A stretch of 25,421 nucleotides of DNA from Candidatus Pelearchaeum maunauluense (GTDB lineage Archaea; Thermoproteota; Nitrososphaeria_A; Caldarchaeales; Caldarchaeaceae), in contig JANVYQ010000015.1 of NCBI GenBank assembly GCA_030059675.1, positions 1 through 25,421 on the forward strand, written 5' to 3'. Below the pieces are notes generated by a model that was given only the letters and a program-made list of their open reading frames with translations, was not told the DNA's origin and ran no database searches. This document shows, piece by piece, positions 18,346 to 25,421 of this stretch; position 1 is the stretch's first letter; each line of letters opens with the position of its first letter. The position numbers and the translations under genes are program-made.

Positions 18346-19104
18346 TTAAGACATTTTCTCGATTACAGCTTCTATATAGTAATCAAAGAATCGTAGATAT
18401 CCTTTTTTACTAAAGAACAATAAACCAATAATTACGTCAAGGAGTAATAGAAAGAATTTTCCTCCATTTCTGATTGCTGATTCTAAAAGGCTAATTTTAC
18501 CTCCATTTGTTTTTATTACTCTGATTTTCTTTAGATATTTTCCTGGCGTTTGGCCTTTATAGGCTTCCAAAGCAGTCATAAAAATATAAACTGCAAAAAA
18601 GACATGAGCATAAGCGCTTACTAGCCTATAGATTACTTCTCCAGCCATAGGTAAATGCTCGGGATGGAATAACCATGGATGAAGTTCAAATGCTGCCAGA
18701 TAACTGTACAGAAAGTTCTGCTAAAGTGCTCCAAAGGAACGGATCAAACATAACGCCTGAAATAACCAAGAAAATAAGCGAATCAATTAAAAAGTGGAAA
18801 TTCTCAAAAGGCTTAACGATAGGCTTATGGGGGGAGGCATACTAATGCTATCTGTGACTTTAACTTCATCATAAGTTATAGCATACCTTATTAGATTGTA
18901 AGCTACTTTTCCATATTTGGATAGTATATAAGTCCCTTTATCAGTGTGTTTAACAAATGGCCTTAACTTGCGTAAATGAAAATTGAGTAATCCTGTTCCT
19001 ATCTTGAGAGAATCTAGAAGATCTGTATAGCTTAATTCAATATACTCGTATAGCAATACAATTATCCTTCTTCTCACTAGATGAGAGAGTATATCACTAC
19101 GCAT
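18346..19104 (-). pseudogene. Winged-HTH-RDD fusion membrane protein, split by two frameshifts
   Basis: ArsR-like HTH (LSHLVRRRI..LNFHLRKL). Adding one T at 18789-18793 gives RISTFLID, and a second near 18713-18716 links to the RDD C-terminus (GQTPGK..SAIRN). Confidence 0.7.
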
Positions 19105-19686
19105 GTTAATTCATTATCTCACAGCCATTTGTACTTAGGAGAGATTTACATATGGAAAATATATCGTCTTAATTTTTCATACCCTCTTTTACCCTTCCTG
19201 CTAGTACAAATAGTCATGCGTTAGAGCATTACTTATAATTAGTCTATAACGTTGTTGTACAGCTAACATAGCATCTGATACCTTAGCCTATCTTCAATAG
19301 CTGGGCATAAACTCACATCTCCATCTACCTCTGCAGATGCTAAGAGGGAACTGATTAGAGTCTTAAAATGCTATTCATTAATAGGTCAATCATAACTATT
19401 ATTGAAAACCATTAAATCTTTAGCTATACTCCCCTTCAACATAATACTTTAACGACTAACCTCCTTAGTAATAATTCTGAGGCTATTTCATTCACATAAT
19501 TCTTATTCACGCATATCTCTTACCTATTCCTACTTCTATCCTATTGATTTTTAGTTCATCGGATTCCGCTTAATTTCACACAATATGCATGAGGCTTCCC
19601 TGCATTATGTTATAGTCGCGAAAGCTACTATTAATGTTACAGGAATTGTTAAAGTTTAACAAGTCCGTAATGAAGATATAAAACTT

Positions 19687-20237
19687 CTAGCGCGTATCAT
19701 GAATTTGAATGAGATTCATGGTATCTTTAGCCAACTCGTCAAGCTCGGTACTAAATGTGTAAGTCCTTACGTCTTTGAGCCCAACTTTAGAGGCAACAGT
19801 TGAAGATGTAATGACACATCCTAGTAAAGGTTCACTACATCCATCAATCATGTTGGCTACTTCCTCCGGGCCGCGGCCTACCACTAATTTATGAACTCTT
19901 CCACTATGTGCTAAAGCTTGATAAAAACCTTCCAAAAGCATCAAATCGACCTTGTAATTTGACAGTAATTTAAGGAGTTTATCCTCATTAATTTCGCCTC
20001 CTGAAACTTTCTCTATTAAAACATACTCATTAGGCGATAATATACAGACTTTACTAGCTCCAGCTGCACTGAACCTCCAGCTATCCTTACCTGGATAATC
20101 CATTGTAAAATCGGCGCGATACACTTGCTTTACGGCCATGATGGCAAATTTTTTCTAGATAATGTGTGAATTAAAGACTCTATAACTGCTATCTTTCCAC
20201 TCTTCTTCTTACCAAATACTGCTATAATGAGTGTCAA
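19687..20237 (-). pseudogene. mobB: MobB molybdopterin-guanine dinucleotide biosynthesis protein, frameshifted/degenerate
   Basis: The upstream frame gives IIAVFGKKKSGK (P-loop), with a shift at the T6 run 20149-20154, followed by DYPGKDSWRFSAAGA and DLMLLEGF. Confidence 0.75.
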
Positions 20238-20428
20238 AGCATTTTCACTCTTATAATGGAATATTTCCACCTGCTTGCTAGTATCTTATCAACAACAGCC
20301 TTAGAATTTGCTCTCATAGACGATTAGCAGTGCTATCACGATGATGATTGAAAAGTTAGCGGCCTAATACCACTAAAGAAGTGGGAGTAAAATCTGATTA
20401 AGGCCAAGGTTATAGCCTGAGACAGAAA

Positions 20429-21091
20429 TCACATGTGTCGGGATTTTATCGCTTTATTTCCGTTTTTGTCTCGACCCGACTTGTGGATTATGTCTTCGAG
20501 GAGCTTTATTAATTCATTAGATAACATGTTTGAGAGTTTTCTTGGCGGATTCTTTCTTAATGTCTCATAAGCATTCATTCGTTGGAGGGCTTCTTTGAGA
20601 TACTGTGGCTCAAGCTCATTCTTCTGAGCCATAAATATCATATTAACCCGCTGAACAGCTTCCTTTGAAGGCTCCCAACGAATAATTTCTGATAAATAAT
20701 ATGCAAGAGTATCTTCAAGGGCCATAATTTGCACACGGTCTCCGCCTATCTCTACTTCTATAAATCTAAAGGGAATGTCCAGCCCTATGAAGTCTAATAC
20801 GGTCTTTGTTTCTTCGAGAATCCAAGGAGAACGAATGTATTCTTTATGCTGCTTGAATCCTAGGCGGGTTAATATGTCTGGGTTTGACATGAGTTTTGGG
20901 GCATAAATGTCCGCTTCCACCGTCACCGTGTATCCATTTGTGTAGTATGCGGCGGCTAGTCCTCCTATAATCTTTATCTCTCCGGGATCTCCGAGGATTC
21001 TTGTCGCGATGTAGGCGAGAACTCTTATGTGATTATATGGGTATCGAAGCTTTTTAGCCTCTTCTATTACGCGCTTGAAATGCTCATTCAA
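20429..21091 (-). CDS. Nucleotidyltransferase-fold protein (AbiEii/DUF6036-like)
   Basis: IIGGLAAAYY..TVEADI motif, later LDF and MALED. Confidence 0.65.
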   Translation of the reverse strand: MNEHFKRVIEEAKKLRYPYNHIRVLAYIATRILGDPGEIKIIGGLAAAYYTNGYTVTVEADIYAPKLMSNPDILTRLGFKQHKEYIRSPWILEETKTVLDFIGLDIPFRFIEVEIGGDRVQIMALEDTLAYYLSEIIRWEPSKEAVQRVNMIFMAQKNELEPQYLKEALQRMNAYETLRKNPPRKLSNMLSNELIKLLEDIIHKSGRDKNGNKAIKSRHM

Positions 21092-21275
21092 GTATCTCCA
21101 CGACCTCTAAGTTATTCGAGACGCGTCTCACCCTAACCTCCCTCAAGCCCTCGACCAAGAGCTTGTCGAGCCTGACCCTGAACCCATAACTAGTTTTTTC
21201 GTTAAGCTCCCGGAACTCTTTTCCGGCCAGCTCTCCGAGAACCAGTGTCACCTCGTCTAGTCGAATTCGGGTCAA
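21084..21275 (-). CDS. Small hypothetical protein, translationally coupled to the nucleotidyltransferase-like gene
   Basis: 63-aa ORF with 8-nt overlap; TATA-like TTTATAAA at about 21309-21316. Confidence 0.55.
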   Translation of the reverse strand: MTRIRLDEVTLVLGELAGKEFRELNEKTSYGFRVRLDKLLVEGLREVRVRRVSNNLEVVEILE

Positions 21276-21425
21276 TGGATCGCGCCAGGCTTGAGTTCTC
21301 CATAATCATTTATAAACATTGTAAGTTTAAGCACGGCAATAATCTTTCCTTTCTTATTGAAGTAGGGGCACGGGAATTAGGCTTTAACTCTGATTCGAGA
21401 TGAAAAGGGAAAGAGGTTTGGTATG

Positions 21426-21528
21426 CGCCGGGGGTGGGATTCGAACCCACGCGGCCCGCGGGGGCCGCAGGCTTTCTTTCGATTATGTGGGCTCAAGGCC
21501 TGCGCGTTATCCGCTCCGCCACCCCGGC
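21426..21528 (-). tRNA. tRNA-Ser(UGA) with an 18-nt intron at canonical position 37/38 (21474-21491); CCA not encoded
   Basis: Acceptor stem GCCGGGG/CCCCGGC, anticodon arm CAGGC-CTTGAG[intron]A-GCCTG, long variable arm, T-arm GTGGGTTCGAATCCCAC, discriminator G. Confidence 0.95.
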
Positions 21529-21554
21529 CTGGGGCGCGGCGTGCTTTCCTGTTT

Positions 21555-22655
21555 TTAGGCTTTTAGCTCGGCCAGTTTCATCCTCAGGAGCTCTAGCTCT
21601 CTTTTCGCGGCTTCTTCGTGGAATTCCATGAACCATGGCTCGGGCTTGGAGATACTCCAGAGCCTCTCTATCAACTCTATGCTGTTCTTCAGGTGTTTCT
21701 CGATTCCCCCGGGTTCGTAGCCTGTTCCCGTGTAGACGAGTTTCTGGCGGGCTGACCAGTCTCCGGGCTGGTCTGCACCTGGGATGAACTCTGGGATGTA
21801 TCTCTCCAGGGTCTCGTGGTCTGCTACTCCGCCCAGCCTCTTGAGCTCGTGATGCTCCGAGTAGTAGCTCTCGTCTGGGCCATAGAGGGGCATATCGTAC
21901 ATGTTGTGGCAGAGGGCGGTTACATCTCCGGCCGCGAGGAAGTAGATCTGCTTAAAGCCGAGCCTCCGGGCCGTCTCCTCGACCACGCGCAACCCTGGCT
22001 CCGAGATGAATCCGTAGATTATTAAGTCCCTTGGGTTTGAGCCGCGTTTCTCGGCCTCCTCGACAAGCCTCCTCAGGGATGCCTCCGCCGTCTTCCCGCT
22101 TGCCTCGGTGTCAGGTTTAAGAACTGTTAACTCGACCCCTTCGGGGAGCTGGGAAAAGTCTTCGTAGATTATCTCTATCTCCTTCGTGGCCTCCTCGTCA
22201 TGGTCTCGGTAGGATGGGAGCTTGTATCTGGGCCTGACCCAGACCTCCCTGAACCTTATTCCGAGGCTCTGGAGGGCGGCGTGAAGCCTGTATCCGGGCG
22301 CCGCTCTGAGAATGTGCTCGAAGACCAGCGCATCTTCTCCTGCCTCCTTTATCGGGGTCAGTTCTAAGAGGACCCTCGAGGCGTCGAGAGCCGCGCGCTC
22401 CATCAACGCTATCAGCTCATCTCCGACTATGTGCGGATGGCAGGCGACATCCTTCAGCTCCGGTGCGTCGAGGATATAGACCTGAGAGCTCCTGGAAACA
22501 CCCTTGACGCGATAAACCCTGCTTCCAGGCCTTAATCCCGGGATACCGAGTCTTTCAGTTAGGTCAACCCTGATACCAAACTCATCTACAAGTCTATCGA
22601 GAACCGCTTGCCCCTGAACTCTCGCCAGCTTGAGCCCTTCCAAGCCACCAGACAT
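21555..22655 (-). CDS. Divergent uracil phosphoribosyltransferase-like (type I PRTase fold) protein
   Basis: HILRAAPG, LKPDTEASGKTA and FIPGADQPGDWSAR parallel the UPRTase motifs ILRAG, DPMLATGGS and IVPGLGDAGDR in the same order. Confidence 0.6.
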   Translation of the reverse strand: MSGGLEGLKLARVQGQAVLDRLVDEFGIRVDLTERLGIPGLRPGSRVYRVKGVSRSSQVYILDAPELKDVACHPHIVGDELIALMERAALDASRVLLELTPIKEAGEDALVFEHILRAAPGYRLHAALQSLGIRFREVWVRPRYKLPSYRDHDEEATKEIEIIYEDFSQLPEGVELTVLKPDTEASGKTAEASLRRLVEEAEKRGSNPRDLIIYGFISEPGLRVVEETARRLGFKQIYFLAAGDVTALCHNMYDMPLYGPDESYYSEHHELKRLGGVADHETLERYIPEFIPGADQPGDWSARQKLVYTGTGYEPGGIEKHLKNSIELIERLWSISKPEPWFMEFHEEAAKRELELLRMKLAELKA

Positions 22656-22783
22656 CTACCTAAATAAGATTTCTTGGAGCCGTGGAGCCGGATGAGGTGG
22701 GTGATGGGTCGGAGAGGAGTGTTGGCCGGAGTTTGTCGAGAATTGTTTCCGGAGCTGATACTTAGGGAATAGCCTGTTTTGGG

Positions 22784-24127
22784 TTATGGCTCTTGGTTGC
22801 TGTCTCCCAGCCCTATTGCCTTGAACTTTATCTCCCGGAATTCTTCGGGTTTGTAAAGCCTTCTTCCGTCTAGGAGAGCGGGAGTCTTCATTAACCTCTT
22901 CAGGGTCTCGGCGTTTATCCGCCTGTATTGGGGCCACTCGGTCGCGAGGATGCAGAGCTCGGCGCCGCGCATGCATTCCTCAATCGACCCCGCATAGCTC
23001 ACCCTCTCTCCCAGAACCTTCCTCGCATTTTCTATGGCCTTCGGGTCGTGGACCCTCACCCTTGCCCCGCGTTCCAGGAGTTTCTCCACTAGCCTTATGG
23101 ACCTGGATTCCCTTATGTCGTCAGTCCCGGGTTTGAATGCGAGGCCTAGGACCGCGACCAGCTTACCCCCCAGATCTCCTATCAACTCTTCGGCGAGTTT
23201 GACCGTGTGCTCTATCTGAGACTCGTTGACCTTTATCGCGGCCTCAACTATTGGAAGCTGGACTCCGAGCTCTTCGCCGAATCTTAGGAGCCCGAGCGCG
23301 TCTTTCGGGAAGCATGAACCACCCCATCCGAGACCAGCGGCGAGGAACTCTCGTCCGATTCGTTTATCCATTCCCATGCCCTCGGCCACCACCTTCACGT
23401 CGGCTCCGGGAAGGGCTTGGCAGAGCTGGGAGACCATGTTGATAAAGCTTATCTTTGTTGCGAGGAAGGCGTTGCTCACATATTTGATCAGCTCGGCGTT
23501 GACGAGGGTCGTGATGAGGGTTGGAGGGAGCTTGTCGCCATAGAATTTCCGGTAGATGACGAGTAGTTTTTCGCCGGATTCTCTATCGACGCATCCTATG
23601 ACGATTCTGTCGGGGTTGAAGGTGTCTTCGAGCGCCTTTCCTTCGCGCAGGAATTCGGGGTTGAAGCAGAGGCCGAAGTCTCCGATGCTTCTTCCGCTCT
23701 CCTCCTCCAGGATTCTCCTGACCAGGTTCCTGGTGGTTCCGGGCGGAACTGTGCTCCTGACAACAACTAGATAGTATCCGGGTTTATCCTTGAGAGCCTT
23801 TCCCAGCATCCGCGCCGTCTCCTCGACGTATCTTAGGTCAACTGAGCCGTCGGGGTTTGATGGCGTTCCGACGCAGATGAAGCAGGCCTCACTCTCCCTG
23901 ACCGCCTCCTGATAATCCGAAGTGACCTTGAGCGCACCGAGTTTTAGGACGTGGTTGAGGAGGGGCTCTAATCCCTCTTCGTAGATGGGTGGGGTTCCTC
24001 TGCGAATCTTCTCCAGCTTCTCCTCGTCCACATCCAGCCCCGTTACCTGGAAACACCTCGAGGCTAGCGCGCATGCTAGGGTTAAGCCGACGTATCCGAG
24101 GCCTATTACGGCCACCTTCTCGGTCAA
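22784..24127 (-). CDS. ugd: UDP-glucose/GDP-mannose dehydrogenase family (likely start TTG 24127)
   Basis: VIGLGYVG, CVGTP, STVPPGT, NPEFLREG, GGSCFPKD, GLAFKPGTDDIRES. Confidence 0.93.
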   Translation of the reverse strand: MTEKVAVIGLGYVGLTLACALASRCFQVTGLDVDEEKLEKIRRGTPPIYEEGLEPLLNHVLKLGALKVTSDYQEAVRESEACFICVGTPSNPDGSVDLRYVEETARMLGKALKDKPGYYLVVVRSTVPPGTTRNLVRRILEEESGRSIGDFGLCFNPEFLREGKALEDTFNPDRIVIGCVDRESGEKLLVIYRKFYGDKLPPTLITTLVNAELIKYVSNAFLATKISFINMVSQLCQALPGADVKVVAEGMGMDKRIGREFLAAGLGWGGSCFPKDALGLLRFGEELGVQLPIVEAAIKVNESQIEHTVKLAEELIGDLGGKLVAVLGLAFKPGTDDIRESRSIRLVEKLLERGARVRVHDPKAIENARKVLGERVSYAGSIEECMRGAELCILATEWPQYRRINAETLKRLMKTPALLDGRRLYKPEEFREIKFKAIGLGDSNQEP

Positions 24128-24134
24128 GCGGTTC

Positions 24135-25095
24135 TCACTCCCTGGTCTTGAACTCCGAGATGAACCACTTAGCATAGCGTTCTACCATCTCTTCTAGGTC
24201 TACCTTTGGATGCCATCCCAAGACTTTCATGGCCTTCGTGTTATCTGAGTAGCTGATAAGGGATTCGTGGGGCTTAAGTTCCCCGCGCTCTATCTCCACC
24301 CTCCCTCCCAGCTTCTCCATCATCAGCTCCGCCACCCTCAGGATGCTCACGGGTCTCCCGAACCCTAAGTTGAATATCTCTAAACCTCTTCCCTTCTCGC
24401 CGACCCTGATTGTTCCATCGACTGCGTCGGAGATGTAGGTGAAGTCTCGCTCCGCTGGCCTGAACTTCCCGTCCATCCATCTACCGTTCACCCTTATCGG
24501 GCTCTCGGATAGAACCCTCTCGGCGAAGACCCTGAAGACTATGTTCCCCTACACCTCTCACCCACTATGTTGAAGTACCTGATTATGGGGCACTCGAGAC
24601 CATAGAGCTCGTGGTATAGCTTGCAGAGCCTCTCACCGAAGTATTTGCTGAGGGCGTATGGTCCCTTTGGCCTCGGCTCCATGTCCTCTCTCAGCGGAGG
24701 CTCATTATCCCCGTAGACGCTTGAACTCGAGGTGAAGACTATCTTGGGAGACGGCTCAACTCTTCGCGCGACCCCCAAAACATTCAGCACAGACCTATAA
24801 TTGTTCTCTAGGTAGGTGTAGGGCTCGTTTATGCTGAGCCTATGGGAGGCGATGCCGGCCAAGTGATAGATGGTGTCGAATCTAAATGTCTTCAGGACTC
24901 CGAGCATGGAATCGAAGTCCCCAACGTCGGCTAAGACTAGCTTCGTCTTCGATGAGCTCGGATGGGCGTCGATATACCTGTAGTTGTTTGCCGGGGTCTC
25001 GGATGGCTGAGGACCACTACTTCTTCTCCCCTTTCGAGGAGCTTCTCGGCGAGATGGCTTCCGATGAAGCCGAGCCCACCTGTGACGAGTATCAA
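24135..25095 (-). pseudogene. NAD-dependent nucleotide-sugar epimerase/dehydratase, two apparent frameshifts (~25000 and ~24547)
   Basis: ILVTGGLGFIGSHL from TTG 25095; YHLAG, TSSSSVYG, YALSK and RYFN in the next frame; RDFTYISD in the third. Confidence 0.85.
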
Positions 25096-25122
25096 GGCCC
25101 GGGGTAGAGCGTGGCAGGGATG

Positions 25123-25421
25123 TTAAATATCTGTGCCGCCTGCGTGGATGTAGGAGACTTTCAGGGCTTCCCAGATTGTTTCGGGGCTTCCTATGTCGAG
25201 CCTCGGGGTCTCGTCTGGGAGTTTTACGGCCATGACTTTTTCGCCGTGTTTCAGGAGCCCGGCTATTCCGTCGGTGAGCTGTATCTCTCCACCCCTTCCA
25301 GAAGGCGTCTCGGCCAGGGAGTCGAATATCTGGGGCTCGAAGACGTAGACGGGGAGGATTGCGAGCCTCGACCAAGGCTCCAGCGGCTTCTCCTCCAGCC
25401 TCTCAACCTCCCAGACCCCCT
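25123..25421 (-). CDS. Sugar-phosphate nucleotidyltransferase (GalU-like), C-terminal part; runs off the window; one apparent frameshift near 25217
   Basis: Manual translation gives LEEKP..SRLAILPVYVF..GGEIQLTDGI, then RLDIGSPETIWEA in the adjacent frame. Not in the ORF track. Confidence 0.85.
   Translation of the reverse strand, partial: GVWEVERLEEKPLEPWSRLAILPVYVFEPQIFDSLAETPSGRGGEIQLTDGIAGLLKHGEKVMAVKLPDETPRLDIGSPETIWEALKVSYIHAGGTDI

Noticed and set aside
24539-25375. 278-aa ORF as a single real gene
   Set aside because: Its N-terminal half is an off-frame read of the GalU-like and epimerase genes; only the C-terminal part is genuine epimerase.

Overview
Archaeal window, probably from a thermophilic Thermoproteota/Aigarchaeota-like lineage (taxon inferred, not established). 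In order it contains: (1) the 3' part of a stand-alone 16S rRNA gene with a 756-nt bulge-helix-bulge (BHB) intron encoding a two-motif LAGLIDADG homing endonuclease; (2) a convergent clade II N2O-reductase cluster (nosZ-L-B-D-F-Y) with a divergent blue-copper protein; (3) a truncated repeat surface protein, a scrambled DUF998 gene, a methyltransferase and a vapBC pair; (4) a xanthine-dehydrogenase-family operon with an amidohydrolase; (5) an AT-rich decaying stretch ending at an intron-containing tRNA-Ser(UGA); (6) a UDP-sugar cluster. The main discovery is a family of short non-autonomous elements present twice (431-596 on +, 10361-10625 on -). Both copies share a left end and a right end, have a CC/GG core dinucleotide on each side (IS607-like), and end in a covarying 3' hairpin resembling a TnpB omega-RNA scaffold. 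One copy sits inside the homing endonuclease inside the rRNA intron. The other split a DUF998 gene and marks one end of a precise 438-bp inversion. Undoing either event restores an intact reading frame. About seven single-base frameshifts, nearly all at short homopolymers, suggest assembly error.
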